From assembly GCA_050331235.1 (NCBI GenBank), contig JBHJHA010000036.1:49621-113620 (forward strand): a stretch of DNA of 64,000 nt. The letters run 5' to 3'. The position numbers were made by a program, and so were the translations under genes. Within the stretch, counting starts at the first letter, position 1, and every line of letters starts with the position of its first letter. Source of the DNA: Leptolyngbyaceae cyanobacterium (GTDB lineage: Bacteria; Cyanobacteriota; Cyanobacteriia; Phormidesmidales; Phormidesmidaceae). Positions 17,688 through 31,569 of this stretch are shown here, piece after piece. The notes under the pieces were generated by a model, which worked only from the letters and a program-made list of their open reading frames with translations, searched no databases and had not been told where the DNA came from.

Positions 17688-18410
17688 TCATTCAGTTGAG
17701 GCGGCTGGGGTGCTGGCAGCGCTGCGACGTTTGGATTTCTGAGCCGGATCCATCCAAGCTTCTAACCAGGCAAAGGCTTGGGCAGAGACCGTGTTGAGCA
17801 CCAGATACACCAGCGCGACGGTGATGTAAATTTCAAAAGCGCGATAGTTCTGGGCCACGATTAGCTGCCCGCGACGAAAGAGTTCCTCGTAGCCAATCAC
17901 GGCGACAAGGCTGGTGTCTTTGAGCAAGGTGATAAATTCATTACCCAACGGCGGAATCATGCGTCGAAACGCCTGGGGAAATACTACGTAGCGCATCGTT
18001 TGGACGGGACTCAGCCCCAGAGAAGCCGACGCTTCGCGCTGTCCCAACTCAATAGACTGAATCCCCCCCCGGACAATTTCAGCCAGGTAGGCGGCTGAGT
18101 TGAGGCTTAATGCCAACACGGCTGCTACAAAGCGATTGAAGGTGAATGTAGTGCCCAGACTGTTGGCAAAAGCGGGAATGCCAAAGTAGATCATGAAAAT
18201 TTGCACCAGCAGGGGCGTGCCCCGAAAAAAATCGATGTAAATTCGACTGGCCAACTGGATGGGCTTGAAAGTTGACAACCGAGCGATGCCTAGCAGCGTG
18301 CCGCCGACCAACCCAAAAATGACAGACATTGCAGTTAGCTGCAATGTGGTGACAGCCCCGACCAGCAAGGTCGGCAAGGCACTCAAAGCATACTCTAGAG
18401 ACTCCAGCAC
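17688..18410 (-). CDS. Polar amino-acid ABC transporter permease
   Basis: FFRGTPLLVQ, SAAYLAEIVRGGIQSI..GQ.EA (EAA loop) and LLKDTSL. The GTG at 18410 follows GAGGAG; the longer ORF-track start overlaps ggt. Confidence 0.9.
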   Translation of the reverse strand: MLESLEYALSALPTLLVGAVTTLQLTAMSVIFGLVGGTLLGIARLSTFKPIQLASRIYIDFFRGTPLLVQIFMIYFGIPAFANSLGTTFTFNRFVAAVLALSLNSAAYLAEIVRGGIQSIELGQREASASLGLSPVQTMRYVVFPQAFRRMIPPLGNEFITLLKDTSLVAVIGYEELFRRGQLIVAQNYRAFEIYITVALVYLVLNTVSAQAFAWLEAWMDPAQKSKRRSAASTPAASTE

Positions 18411-18543
18411 TGCGATCGCGCTCCTCAAACAACTCAGCACATAATCTCGCCATGGTATCAGCGCCGTGACCGACGCGGCGTTCTGTCTGGACTTCTCACA
18501 AAAAGAGTTCCGGGTGCTGCGAACCGACCTAGCCTGTCTAGGG

Positions 18544-20145
18544 CTACAGTGCCACAGCTGCTCCATCGCTGCGGGGGTCGCAGCCGCCTTCGTAACGGGA
18601 GCCATCGCCGCTACAGCGAATGACATGGGCATGGCCCATTTTTTCAGTCCAGTCAGGTTCAACTTTGAGGCTGTGCCCAAGGGTTTGGAGCTGCTGTCGA
18701 ACAGGCTGAGGAATTCGCCTCTCGAGTGCTAATTTGGTCTCTCGCTCTCCCCAGGTGCGGCCCCACCGCCAGCGTGGCGCGTCAACCGCCGCCTGGGGCA
18801 TGAACCCAAAATCAAGTAGCCGGGTCAGAAGTGCAAGCTGGGTTTGCGGCTGACCTTCGCCGCCCATGGTGCCAAGCACGAGATGAGGAGAACCATCAGC
18901 CGACAGCACCATCCCTGGCATCAAAGTATGAAAGGTGCGTTTGTGGGGCGTTAGCACATTGCTGTGAGCTGCCTCCAACGAAAAAAAGCAGCCGCGATTT
19001 TGCAAAACAAAGCCAGTACCAGGCACAATGACCGCTGAGCCATAGTCAAAATAGACGCTCTGGATGACGGAGACGGCATTTCCCGCAGGATCGGTGACAG
19101 CAGTGTAAACGGTATCGCCGCCAATCGTGGGGGGGTGACTAACGCCGGCTGCCTCCCGCGATAAGTGTTGCCGTTGCTGATCGCTGTAACGTTTGTCAAT
19201 CAGTTCAGCTAGGGGAATATCGACAAAGTTGGGGTCGGTGAGCCAGCGATCGCGGTCTTTAAACGCTAGCTTGGTTGCTTCGACCATCAGATGATAGTAG
19301 TCGGCTGTCCCTTCTCCCCAAGTCGTCAGGTCGAACGCTTCGATCAGATTGAGCATTTGCAGCAGCACAAATCCTTGGGAATTGGGCGGCATTTGGGCGA
19401 TGCGGTACCCGCGATACCGAGTCTCTATAGGCGTGCACCAGTTAGATTGATGCTGGGCTAAATCTGCCGTCGTCAACAGGCCGCCAATACCGGCTAGGTG
19501 TTGGGCAATCTGATCGGCGATCGCCCCTTGGTAAAAACTCGCCGGTCCCGCTTCGGCCAGGCATTGTAAGGTGTTGCCCAAATCAGGGTTCGTCACCACA
19601 GCTCTTGCTTTGGGCAGTCGGCCGCTGGGCAAAAATGGGCAGGACTGGGGGGAATAGCGCTGAAAAATCGGGCGATCGCGGCGTGTCCAGTAGGCCTGGG
19701 AACTGCTCATGGGATACCCCCGCCGTGCCAAGCTAATGGCCGGCTGCAGGAGTGCGGCCCAATCAAGCTTCCCGAACCGCTGATGGGCTTTGCCCCAGGA
19801 GTCAACGGCCCCCGGCACCGTCTGCACCCCCAGAGGCCCCCGCTCCGGAATTGCGCTCAACCCCTGGCGCTGGTAGAACTCAGGCTGAGCCGCCGCGGCT
19901 GCGCGGCCTGACCCATTCAGCCCCCGTAGGGAATGAGTCGGCTGGTCATAAATGAGCCAAAAAGCATCGCCCCCCACCCCAGTCATGTGGGGATAGACGA
20001 CCCCTAAGGCTGCCTGGGTGGCGATCGCTGCGTCAACAGCATTGCCGCCTGCCCGCAAAATATCGGCACCTACCTGGGAGGCCAAATAGTGGGGGGAAAC
20101 CACAATGCCCTGGTCAGAGACCACTGGTGGGGAACTGCCGCTCAC
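18544..20145 (-). CDS. ggt: Gamma-glutamyltransferase family protein
   Basis: GGNAVDAAIA, PPNSQG, GDTVY (catalytic Thr), LQNRG, GTMGGEGQPQ and DPRSDG. Confidence 0.9.
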   Translation of the reverse strand: MSGSSPPVVSDQGIVVSPHYLASQVGADILRAGGNAVDAAIATQAALGVVYPHMTGVGGDAFWLIYDQPTHSLRGLNGSGRAAAAAQPEFYQRQGLSAIPERGPLGVQTVPGAVDSWGKAHQRFGKLDWAALLQPAISLARRGYPMSSSQAYWTRRDRPIFQRYSPQSCPFLPSGRLPKARAVVTNPDLGNTLQCLAEAGPASFYQGAIADQIAQHLAGIGGLLTTADLAQHQSNWCTPIETRYRGYRIAQMPPNSQGFVLLQMLNLIEAFDLTTWGEGTADYYHLMVEATKLAFKDRDRWLTDPNFVDIPLAELIDKRYSDQQRQHLSREAAGVSHPPTIGGDTVYTAVTDPAGNAVSVIQSVYFDYGSAVIVPGTGFVLQNRGCFFSLEAAHSNVLTPHKRTFHTLMPGMVLSADGSPHLVLGTMGGEGQPQTQLALLTRLLDFGFMPQAAVDAPRWRWGRTWGERETKLALERRIPQPVRQQLQTLGHSLKVEPDWTEKMGHAHVIRCSGDGSRYEGGCDPRSDGAAVAL

Positions 20146-20222
20146 GACTGCATGGGTGAACGCCTCAACAGGATGGAAAAACCAACGGTTGGCAAGTCAA
20201 CAGCTTTCCGTTCAGCCAGCGA

Positions 20223-20984
20223 TCAGCCTAACCGATAGCCAAATCCTCGCACTGTTTTAAGGTATTGGGGTTTGCTGGGGTCTTCTTCCAACTTTTCGCG
20301 AATCCAACGAATGTGGACATCCACCGTTTTGTTGTCGCCCATGAAGTCATGTCCCCAAACCTTATCGATAATCTGATCGCGGGACCAAACCCGCTTGGGC
20401 TGGCTCATAAACAGCTCTAAAATGCGAAACTCTTTGGGCGATAGGCTAACTTCCTCACCCTTGAGGAAGACGCGGCACTCTTTGGGATTCAAGGCCACTT
20501 CTTCGAAGCGCAAAACGGGGTCAGGATCGGGCTCTGCGGCCCCACGCTGGCGACGGAGTAGGGCTCGACATCGAGCAATTAGTTCGCGCATCCCAAAGGG
20601 TTTGATGAGATAGTCATCGGCGCCGACTTCTAGGCCAACTACGCGATCGGTTTCAGTGCTCTTAGCGCTCAATATCAGTAAGGGAACGTCAATGCCTTGA
20701 TGTCTCAGCAGTCGGCATAGGTCCAAACCATTCATGCCAGGGAGCATCAAATCTAAGATTACTAAGCTGATATCCGCCGGGGCTTGTCGGGTGCCGGTGC
20801 GCTTGCCCCCCAGGATCTCAAGCGCTGTCAGGCCGTCACCGGCGACCATGACCTCGAAACCGACTTCTGCTAAGGCCAGTCCAATGGTTTCACGAATCAG
20901 CTCTTCATCCTCGACGATGAGAACTTTTCCCAATCCAATCCGAACATTCTGTTCGTAAGCAGAAGCCAGCGTTAAAGATGACAT
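20223..20984 (-). CDS. sphR: OmpR/PhoB-family response regulator (SphR-like)
   Basis: Receiver domain (EDE, LDLMLP, KPF) plus winged helix (KTVDVHIRWIREKLE, TVRGFGY); the specific orthology is my recognition only. Confidence 0.65.
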   Translation of the reverse strand: MSSLTLASAYEQNVRIGLGKVLIVEDEELIRETIGLALAEVGFEVMVAGDGLTALEILGGKRTGTRQAPADISLVILDLMLPGMNGLDLCRLLRHQGIDVPLLILSAKSTETDRVVGLEVGADDYLIKPFGMRELIARCRALLRRQRGAAEPDPDPVLRFEEVALNPKECRVFLKGEEVSLSPKEFRILELFMSQPKRVWSRDQIIDKVWGHDFMGDNKTVDVHIRWIREKLEEDPSKPQYLKTVRGFGYRLG

Positions 20985-21141
20985 AGGAATATTGAGTCAC
21001 TTACACAGATAAATTTAGCAACCTATCGGTCTCTTTTAAACCGATCATAATCTCTTCACCATTCAACCATTAGATAGCGCTACGCTGCCTCTTTTTTGAC
21101 AGAGATTTGAGGGTGAGTCCTTGACTACGCAGTTGACCCGA

Positions 21142-22338
21142 CTAGGAGGATGGAGATAACAACAGCAGTTGTCGCTTTTGCAGCGATCGCACTCCGGCCA
21201 AATCAAGATTTGTGTCTGCTAGACAGTCAGCGACAGTTGCGGTTGTCACGGCCTGATCGCACGCTTGCAAAAAGGCGTACTCCGTCTCGGATAGGTCTAC
21301 GATTTGATAGTCATAATCAAACACAGAGCGGCTGGGCCATCCCTGCATACAGGGGTGACGTTCAGGATGGGCGGCTAGCAGTTGCTGGTCGTCTGACCAA
21401 TCAATTGGGGCAATGGGTGGCTGCGCAAGGAAGAATTCAAAATGCGTGACTTCTGGATCGAGCATTTCGATTAACCGATAGCGATCGCGCCGAGATAGCG
21501 GTCGGGCACGGTCCATAAGTTCAGGATTGCTGCCGATTAAGCGCGCTAAGTCCCAATAGCGAGGGTTTGAGAAGCCCAGGAAGGTGAGCCCAGAGGCCTC
21601 GATCAGCTCAAACAGCGTATCGACTCGATAATCGACCTCTTGGGGATGGACGTACATATCGGCAAAGTTGGCGTCGCGCTGATTTTCCATCGACCAGCGC
21701 TCTTGCTCCCGGCGACGTAGGCGATTATGCTCTGGCAGGGTTTGAAAGAGCTGCCGCCCTACCGACACCCCATCCGCATAGTCACCCCGTTGTTCTCCCT
21801 GCAATAGAGCGATCGCTTGCTGGGTCAGGGTGATTTCCCAACGCCCCAATGCCGCATATACAAAGACATGCATGATGCCGCCCGGGACCAGCACGGAGGC
21901 CAAGGACTGAATGCCCCGCACCGGGTCAGGCAAATGGTGCAAAACCCCCACGCAGTTGATCCAGTCAAACTGTTGCTTCAAGTCACTAACGTTGTAAAGA
22001 CTGAGGGTTTGGAAGGTGACGTTGTTTGCCCCGGAGCGCTGACAACGCTCTGCAGCGGTAGCGCGGGCGCGATCGCTAAGGTCGATGCCGGTGATGGTCG
22101 CTGCTGGATTGAGGTGAGCAATGTACTCGGTGCCAACCCCCGTACCGCAGCCTGCATCCAACACCTGAACGGCTTGGTTTTCAGGTTTGCGCCCAGTGCA
22201 AAAGGCATACGCTGCCGACCAATGCCAGCGCCAGTTATAGCCCGGTGGGGGTTCGTCCAGTAAGGGCTCCGGTGGAAACGGATAGGTATTGTATAAACCG
22301 GCAACGGCTTGACTAATGAACTCGGCAGAAGGACTCAT
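21142..22338 (-). CDS. cpcM: Phycobiliprotein beta-subunit asparagine methyltransferase
   Basis: LYNTYPFPPEPLLDEPPPGYNWRW, LDAGCGTG SAM motif and DMYVHPQE; about 400 aa and divergent from apcE. Confidence 0.8.
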   Translation of the reverse strand: MSPSAEFISQAVAGLYNTYPFPPEPLLDEPPPGYNWRWHWSAAYAFCTGRKPENQAVQVLDAGCGTGVGTEYIAHLNPAATITGIDLSDRARATAAERCQRSGANNVTFQTLSLYNVSDLKQQFDWINCVGVLHHLPDPVRGIQSLASVLVPGGIMHVFVYAALGRWEITLTQQAIALLQGEQRGDYADGVSVGRQLFQTLPEHNRLRRREQERWSMENQRDANFADMYVHPQEVDYRVDTLFELIEASGLTFLGFSNPRYWDLARLIGSNPELMDRARPLSRRDRYRLIEMLDPEVTHFEFFLAQPPIAPIDWSDDQQLLAAHPERHPCMQGWPSRSVFDYDYQIVDLSETEYAFLQACDQAVTTATVADCLADTNLDLAGVRSLQKRQLLLLSPSS

Positions 22339-22573
22339 GACAGCTCGACCAAAAAGGGAATGGTGGGTGCCGTAGCCAGGCGCTCTCCCACGGGGGCAAC
22401 GGCTCAATCACCATACCGTGCTCGCCAGTGATTATTCATCCTTAACTGTGGCTATAGGGGGTAAAGGCCAGTACAAGGTTGCATCTTTGCCCACCCTAAA
22501 ACCGTTTAGCCCGCTTCAGTGCCTGCCCGGAGTCGCCAATTACTCTCTCAGCAGTCATAAAAAACAGCGGAAT

Positions 22574-22591
22574 GTTACATGAGTTTACACT
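22574..22591 (+). promoter_or_regulatory. HLR1 (RpaB-binding) direct repeat upstream of apcE
   Basis: GTTACATG-AG-TTTACACT resembles (G/T)TTACA(T/A)(T/A)-N2 repeats. Confidence 0.6.
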
Positions 22592-22867
22592 TTTCTAAGC
22601 TTTTGCTGTCGCCTTGTAGGATGGCAAATGGGAAGGAATCGGTCGGTGTTACACAGTTTTTAACATTGACTCGTTTCTATCCCAAATCGTTTTAATCTGA
22701 AGTCTGGATTAATCGTTGTTTGTTTGTGAGCAGCTCGACTAACGAATTGGATGTTTAGAAGGCTGTTTACGGCTAAACTCTTTGGCTTTGACAAAATGAA
22801 GTTCGTTTTGTAATGGCTAGAAGCTTGGCAAAAACTTTTTTGAAGATTTTGAGTAGGGAGCCGTTGA

Positions 22868-25615
<2,748 letters not shown>

Positions 25616-25707
25616 CGGCTCGCTGTTTGGCCAAGTGTCGTTTTGACCGATTGAGGGTGGTGGCTTACCGCCGCTGTCGGTGTTGCCTGAGTCATTGATG
25701 GGCATGA

Positions 25708-25740
25708 TGCTCGCTCTCTAAGTTGCTGTGAGAGCGAGCA
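25708..25740 (+). terminator. Stem-loop downstream of apcE
   Basis: TGCTCGCTCTC-N11-GAGAGCGAGCA. Confidence 0.55.
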
Positions 25741-25796
25741 TTAACTTGTATCTTGAAGACCTGATTTGCCTGGGCTTTGACAAGATGAGGGTGAGT

Positions 25797-25814
25797 GTTA
25801 CAAAATGTTTCGCT
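25797..25814 (+). promoter_or_regulatory. HLR1-like element upstream of apcA
   Basis: GTTACAAA-AT-GTTTCGCT; first half matches, second half is degenerate. Confidence 0.4.
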
Positions 25815-26081
25815 CTTCTTAAGAAGGCAAGTCTGATACCGGACAATGATTCCGGTAGGGGCCTATGTTTCAAGGTCTCTGGAGGAATGCATTGAGGATT
25901 GTCTACTGCTGATTAGCAGGTTGAGCGGTCGTCAGCTCCCTAGAGAGCTCCATAGGCCCAAATTTAAGCCAGCATTTGTGAGTGATTCACGGCCCTTTGG
26001 GCGATCGCTGGTGTTATTAGATTCAGTGAATACCAGTTCTAAATTCAGTATCTGGTTCCATTTTTCGGAGGAATCCATCCA

Positions 26082-26567
26082 ATGAGCATTGTCACGAAAT
26101 CTATCGTGAACGCTGATGCTGAGGCCCGCTACCTCAGCCCTGGCGAATTAGATCGCATTAAAACCTTTGTGACTTCTGGTGAGCGTCGTTTGCGGATTGC
26201 TCAGGTTTTGACTGAGTCTCGTGAGCGTATCGTTAAGCAAGCTGGCGACCAGCTTTTCCAGAAACGCCCTGACGTTGTTTCCCCCGGTGGAAATGCTTAC
26301 GGCGAAGAGATGACTGCAACCTGTCTGCGCGACATGGATTACTACCTGCGTTTGATCACCTACGGTGTCGTTGCGGGTGACGTAACTCCCATTGAAGAGA
26401 TTGGGTTGGTTGGTGTACGGGAAATGTACAACTCCCTGGGCACCCCCATCCCCGCAGTTGCAGAGTCCGTTCGCTGCATGAAGTCGGTTGCTTCCGGGTT
26501 GCTGTCTAGCGAAGATGCGGCTGAAGCATCTGCTTACTTTGACTATGTTGTTGGTGCAATGCAGTAA
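26082..26567 (+). CDS. apcA: Allophycocyanin alpha subunit
   Basis: [27 protein letters not shown] and TATCLRD. Confidence 0.99.
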   Translation: MSIVTKSIVNADAEARYLSPGELDRIKTFVTSGERRLRIAQVLTESRERIVKQAGDQLFQKRPDVVSPGGNAYGEEMTATCLRDMDYYLRLITYGVVAGDVTPIEEIGLVGVREMYNSLGTPIPAVAESVRCMKSVASGLLSSEDAAEASAYFDYVVGAMQ

Positions 26568-26624
26568 GCCCTGCAAAGCTCAACCTACGTTTAACGCAAG
26601 TAAGGACATTTAAGGAAACAAATC

Positions 26625-27110
26625 ATGCAAGACGCAATTACTGCAGTCATTAATGCCTCTGACGTACAAGGTAAGTACCTCGATGGTGGTTCCTTGGACA
26701 AGCTGAAGGCTTACTTCCAAACTGGTGAACTCCGCGTTCGTGCGGCTACCGCGATCAGCGCTAACGCTGCTGAAATCGTGAAGGAAGCAGTCGCTAAGTC
26801 TCTGCTTTACTCCGATATCACCCGTCCTGGCGGCAACATGTATACCACTCGTCGCTATGCTGCTTGCATCCGCGACTTGGACTACTACCTCCGTTACTCC
26901 ACCTACGCGATGTTGGCTGGCGACCCTTCCATCTTGGATGAGCGCGTGTTGAATGGCCTCAAAGAGACCTACAACTCCTTGGGTGTGCCCATCGGTGCAA
27001 CCGTGAACGCGATTCAAGCAATGAAAGAAGTCACCGCGAGCTTGGTCGGTGCTGATGCCGGTAAGGAAATGGGCGTTTATTTTGACTACATCTGCTCTGG
27101 CATTAGCTAG
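26625..27110 (+). CDS. apcB: Allophycocyanin beta subunit
   Basis: [20 protein letters not shown] and [16 protein letters not shown]. Confidence 0.99.
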   Translation: MQDAITAVINASDVQGKYLDGGSLDKLKAYFQTGELRVRAATAISANAAEIVKEAVAKSLLYSDITRPGGNMYTTRRYAACIRDLDYYLRYSTYAMLAGDPSILDERVLNGLKETYNSLGVPIGATVNAIQAMKEVTASLVGADAGKEMGVYFDYICSGIS

Positions 27111-27357
27111 GCACGGTCTCAATAAGTTCGTTCATCATCGTTAAGATGCGCTCCCGCAGAGTCTCTGTCTGGGGCGAGTGTTGAAGCTCGGGCTTCCCGG
27201 CTTAGCATTGGCTTGAGACAACAGTTTCTGCGGGAGATGTTTTAGATAACTTTTTGGTCTTCATGAGTGATGGTGCTTTTCTGCGGAAAAGGCGATCGCA
27301 ACAAGACTGTTTGACTAACTGCTGTTGATTGATTTAGGTCAGGAGAACTAACAAATC

Positions 27358-27561
27358 ATGCGAATGTTTAAGATTACGGCCTGTGTTCCGAGTCAAACTC
27401 GCATTCGCACCCAGCGGGAGTTGCAAAATACCTTTTTCACCAATCTGGTTCCCTACGACAACTGGTTTCGTGAGCAGCAGCGCATCCAAAAAATGGGTGG
27501 CAAAATCGTTAAGGTGGAAATGGCAACTGGTAAACCTGGTACGAATACTGGGCTTTTGTAG
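27358..27561 (+). CDS. apcC: Phycobilisome core small linker
   Basis: MRMFKITACVPSQTRIRTQRELQNT. Confidence 0.98.
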   Translation: MRMFKITACVPSQTRIRTQRELQNTFFTNLVPYDNWFREQQRIQKMGGKIVKVEMATGKPGTNTGLL

Positions 27562-27960
27562 CAGACTGCTTTGGGTAATGTGAGTGATTAAGGTAGGCGT
27601 GGGAGACCAACGCCTATTTTTTTTGAGGTTGTCAATAATTGACCGCCAAGAGCATTCGTATGACCAGCGTTGCGCTCTCCCGATGGGGCTGCATCGTGCC
27701 AAGACAGAGGTAGAGAAGTGGCATCGATACTGAGGCCGCCTGTTTGGCGAGACGAGACGTCGCAAGTTTGAATCCACCTGCTATACTTGCCGGATATTTT
27801 GGTGGTTGGCTCTTACCTAGATCCCAGAAAGGCATAAGCTTGCGAGACTTTTTGACTAGACCCTGAAAAGTGCCTGACCTGGTGATCAATTTTATTGGGC
27901 TGTGGTCGGTGTCAGTTTGATGCCGGTGGACTGCTTTGCGAGTACAGGAATACTCATCTC

Positions 27961-29160
27961 ATGATCTTCAATGCGATCGCACCCTATTCACGGCACCTTT
28001 TCCCAGTCATTGATCCTGCGACACAACAGTGGTCTAGAGAGGCCCGGCTGACGCGTTGGCTGACATTAGTCTGGTTATCCGTCGGGCTAATCACGCTGTT
28101 TTCCGCTTCGTATCCAGCCTCACTAGCGGAAACGGGAGTCGGCTGGCGGTTTTTGGCGATTCAGTTGATGTGGGTGTTTTTAGGGCTGACGCTATTTAAT
28201 TGGATCGTGCGGCAGCCGTTGACTCGACTGGTCCGCTTGTCGGGGCTCGCATTCTTTGTGCTGATCGGTCTGTTGCTGTTGACGCTAATGCCCAACTTTG
28301 GCATCACCATCAATGGTGCTACCCGTTGGTTGGCTGTGGGGCCCTTTTTAGTGCAACCCTCAGAGCTGCTGAAGCCACTCCTGATTTTGCAGGCGGCTCG
28401 TTTGTTTGGCCGCTGGTCTAGCTTGTCATGGTCGACTCGGGGCCTGTGGACGGGGTTGTTTGCCATCGCGATCGCCATGATTTTGCTACAGCCCAACTTG
28501 AGCACAGCCGCTATCTGTGGGCTATCGCTGTGGTTTGTGGCTCTGGCGGCAGGGCTGCCCTATCGCCTGTTAGCAAGTACGGCGGTGACTGGGTTAGGAG
28601 CTGCGATCATTAGTCTGAGTGCTAATGCCTATCAGCGGGAGCGGATTACCGCCTTTCTGAATCCCTGGGCCGACCCCACGGGCAATGGATATCAATTGAT
28701 CCAAAGTTTGCTGGCGGTGGGCTCCGGTGGCTGGCTAGGCAGTGGATTAGGGTTCTCGGAGCAAAAGCTCGACTTTTTGCCCATTCAATACACTGATTTC
28801 ATTTTCTCGGTTTACGCTGAGGAATTTGGCTTTATCGGCAGCCTCTTTTTATTTGCGTTGCTGTTGTCCTATGCCTCGCTGGGAACGTTGGTTGCCATGC
28901 GTACCCAGCATCCCCTGCAGCGGCTCATTGCGGTGGGTGCCCTCGTTGTGCTGGTGGGGCAATCGTTTTTGAATATTGGCGTCGCGATTGGGGCGCTGCC
29001 AACGACAGGTTTACCATTGCCGCTGTTTAGCTATGGGGGCAGTTCGATGATTTCCAGCTTGGCGATCGCGGCCCTGCTCACGCGAGTGGCTCGGGAAATG
29101 AAAGCGGATAATGTGGTCAGTTTGCCCCTTGCGGGGACAGCGTTGCGGCGATCACAATAG
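27961..29160 (+). CDS. ftsW: FtsW/RodA/SpoVE-family cell division protein
   Basis: NGATRW, QPSELLK, GYQLIQS, TDFIF and PTTGLPLPLFSYGGSS; ATG at 27961. Confidence 0.9.
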   Translation: MIFNAIAPYSRHLFPVIDPATQQWSREARLTRWLTLVWLSVGLITLFSASYPASLAETGVGWRFLAIQLMWVFLGLTLFNWIVRQPLTRLVRLSGLAFFVLIGLLLLTLMPNFGITINGATRWLAVGPFLVQPSELLKPLLILQAARLFGRWSSLSWSTRGLWTGLFAIAIAMILLQPNLSTAAICGLSLWFVALAAGLPYRLLASTAVTGLGAAIISLSANAYQRERITAFLNPWADPTGNGYQLIQSLLAVGSGGWLGSGLGFSEQKLDFLPIQYTDFIFSVYAEEFGFIGSLFLFALLLSYASLGTLVAMRTQHPLQRLIAVGALVVLVGQSFLNIGVAIGALPTTGLPLPLFSYGGSSMISSLAIAALLTRVAREMKADNVVSLPLAGTALRRSQ

Positions 29161-29327
29161 CCTGCCCATCGACAAAGCAAGTTTTCTAACATTGTCCTCA
29201 GTGAGATGAGATGAAGGAATGGGCGATTGCAACGATGTGGTGCTGATGCCGGCTGCTCTCCCAACGGTCACGCGTTTAAGATGGTGATTAAGGAAAGTTA
29301 GTACACGTTAAGGCAGCAAGCGCTCGT

Positions 29328-30071
29328 ATGCTAGATACGCTCCAGACCACACTCTACGAGATCAGTCAGTACGCCGATACGCTCGTTTCCCAGCAGCTGA
29401 CGAGTTTGTCGCCAGTGAGCGTGGGCGTTGTTTGGTTGGCCGGGTTACTGACGAGTCTGACGCCCTGCACATTGTCTATGCTGCCGATCATGGTGGGCTA
29501 CATGGGCGGCTACGAAGCCAAAGACAAAATTCAATCCTTGGCCCAAGCGGTTTGGTTTGCCCTGGGCTTAGCGACGACACTGGCAGCTCTGGGGTTAGTG
29601 GCGGGAGCTATTGGTCGCGTGTACGGACAAATCGGCGTGGGACTGCCCATCATTGTCAGTGTGTTAGCCATTCTCATGGGGCTCAATTTACTAGAGGCTT
29701 TGCCTTTGCCGCTGCCGAGTTTTGGCAACATCGATGTGATGGATCAGGGCTTTCCCCTAGCGATTAAAAGCTATCTATTAGGCTTGACCTTTGGGCTGGT
29801 GGCTTCGCCCTGCAGTACGCCTGTGTTGGCAACTCTCCTGGCGTGGATCTCAACTACGGGAGATCCCGTCTTGGGGGCGGGGCTGCTGTTGGCCTATACC
29901 GTGGGCTATGTGACTCCCCTCGTCATTGCCGGTAGCTTTACGGCAACCATCAGGCGATTTTTAGAAATTCGCCGTTGGTCAGCATGGATTACCCCGGCAA
30001 GCGGGATTTTACTGGTCGGTTTTGGCGTCTTTTCTTTATTGATTCGCTTTGCCCCAAGTCAACTGGTATAG
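29328..30071 (+). CDS. ccdA: Cytochrome c biogenesis protein CcdA
   Basis: TSLTPC..SMLP and ASPCSTPVL Cys motifs; six TM helices. Confidence 0.93.
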   Translation: MLDTLQTTLYEISQYADTLVSQQLTSLSPVSVGVVWLAGLLTSLTPCTLSMLPIMVGYMGGYEAKDKIQSLAQAVWFALGLATTLAALGLVAGAIGRVYGQIGVGLPIIVSVLAILMGLNLLEALPLPLPSFGNIDVMDQGFPLAIKSYLLGLTFGLVASPCSTPVLATLLAWISTTGDPVLGAGLLLAYTVGYVTPLVIAGSFTATIRRFLEIRRWSAWITPASGILLVGFGVFSLLIRFAPSQLV

Positions 30072-30135
30072 CCGTGAGCGGCGGTTTGGCAAGGCTCTAA
30101 TCCGTTCATTTCGCCTTTATGTATCAAACGAATCT

Positions 30136-31530
30136 ATGACTTCCCCTGCGCATATTATGACCACGGTGAATCGCTGGATACAGCGGTATGTAAAGCGAGA
30201 GCTCTTGCCCCTACTAGCAGATCTGAGGCTGGCGATCGCCCTGCTGTTGGTAATTGCTGTGACCAGCATTTTGGGCACTGTCATTGAGCAAGGAGAATCC
30301 CTGGCTTTTTATCAGGCCAACTATCCATCGGACCCGGCATTATTTGGGTTTCTCGACTGGCGGTTTATCCTGATATCCGGGTTAGATCACGTTTATCGCA
30401 CCTGGTGGTACCTGGCGATTTTGATTCTCTTTGGGGCGAGCTTGACTGCCTGCACCTTTACCCGCCAAATTACGGCGTTGCGTTGGTTTTCCCGCACGTG
30501 GAATTTTTATACCAAGCCGCGTCAGTTCAACAAGCTCGCGCTGAGTGCGGAGCTCAACCAAGGAAACTTAGACACTTTGTCGCCGCTGCTAGCAGAGCGG
30601 GGCTATCGAGTTTTTACGCGCGATCGCGCTCTATATGCGCAAAAAGGCGTCGCTGGACGAATTGGTCCAATCGTTGTTCATGCCAGTATGCTCATCATTC
30701 TCGCCGGGGCTATTTACGGAGCCATGACGGGCTTCTTTGCCCAAGAGCTGGTGCCTAGCGGCCAGGTATTTCAAATTCGGAATATTTTTGATGCAGGTCC
30801 GTGGGCAGCGGCCCAAGTACCTAAAGACTGGGCGGTGCGAGTGAACGATTTCTGGATTGATTACACACCAGAAGGCGTCATTGACCAGTTTTACTCCGAC
30901 CTGTCTGTCATTGACGAAGCGGGCCAGGAACTTAAGCACAAAACCATCCATGTGAATGAACCGCTACGCTATCGGGGCGTCACGCTGTATCAAGCCGACT
31001 GGGGGATTGCCGGGGTTAAGGTCAAGTTCAACAACAGTCCTGTACTAGATGTGCCCATGGGGCAACTGGAAACTAGGGGTAAAGCGCGTTTGTGGGGCAC
31101 TTGGTTACCCACAAACCCTGATATGAGTGAGGGGGTTTCGCTCATTGCCAGTGACCTGCAAGGTACCCTGCTGGTCTACAACAACGACGGTGAGCTCGTG
31201 TCTACCGTGCGCAAAGGGATGTCAACCTTTGTCAACGGCATCGATTTGGCGATCGTAGACCTAGTCGGTAGCACTGGTTTACAAATTAAAGCTGACCCGG
31301 GTATTCCAGTTGTTTATCTAGGGTTTGGTTTGCTCATGGTAGGAGTCCTGATGAGCTACATTTCCCATTCCCAAGTTTGGGCGCTGGAGTCAGGCGATCG
31401 CTTTTGGATCGGAGGACGTACTAACCGAGCACAAGTTGCCTTTGAGCGCGAGCTAGTACAGGTCATCCAAACCCTAGACCCGATGGATACAACCATGGCT
31501 GATCCAGAGCCAGAAACAGCGGCAGTCTAG
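30136..31530 (+). CDS. ccsB: Housekeeping cytochrome c biogenesis protein Ccs1/CcsB
   Basis: [29 protein letters not shown] and QIKADPG; directly follows ccdA. Confidence 0.92.
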   Translation: MTSPAHIMTTVNRWIQRYVKRELLPLLADLRLAIALLLVIAVTSILGTVIEQGESLAFYQANYPSDPALFGFLDWRFILISGLDHVYRTWWYLAILILFGASLTACTFTRQITALRWFSRTWNFYTKPRQFNKLALSAELNQGNLDTLSPLLAERGYRVFTRDRALYAQKGVAGRIGPIVVHASMLIILAGAIYGAMTGFFAQELVPSGQVFQIRNIFDAGPWAAAQVPKDWAVRVNDFWIDYTPEGVIDQFYSDLSVIDEAGQELKHKTIHVNEPLRYRGVTLYQADWGIAGVKVKFNNSPVLDVPMGQLETRGKARLWGTWLPTNPDMSEGVSLIASDLQGTLLVYNNDGELVSTVRKGMSTFVNGIDLAIVDLVGSTGLQIKADPGIPVVYLGFGLLMVGVLMSYISHSQVWALESGDRFWIGGRTNRAQVAFERELVQVIQTLDPMDTTMADPEPETAAV

Positions 31531-31569
31531 TTGGACCCTGAGCAGCAGGTCTGGAGCAAGACAGATCAG

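Noticed and set aside
18411..18680. N-terminal extension of the ABC permease in the ORF track
   Set aside because: It overlaps the ggt 3' end; a GTG with a good RBS at 18410 gives a normal-sized permease.
26148..27122. Long antisense ORFs over apcA and apcB, and similar ones over hemA and sir
   Set aside because: Expected by-products of codon bias in highly conserved genes.
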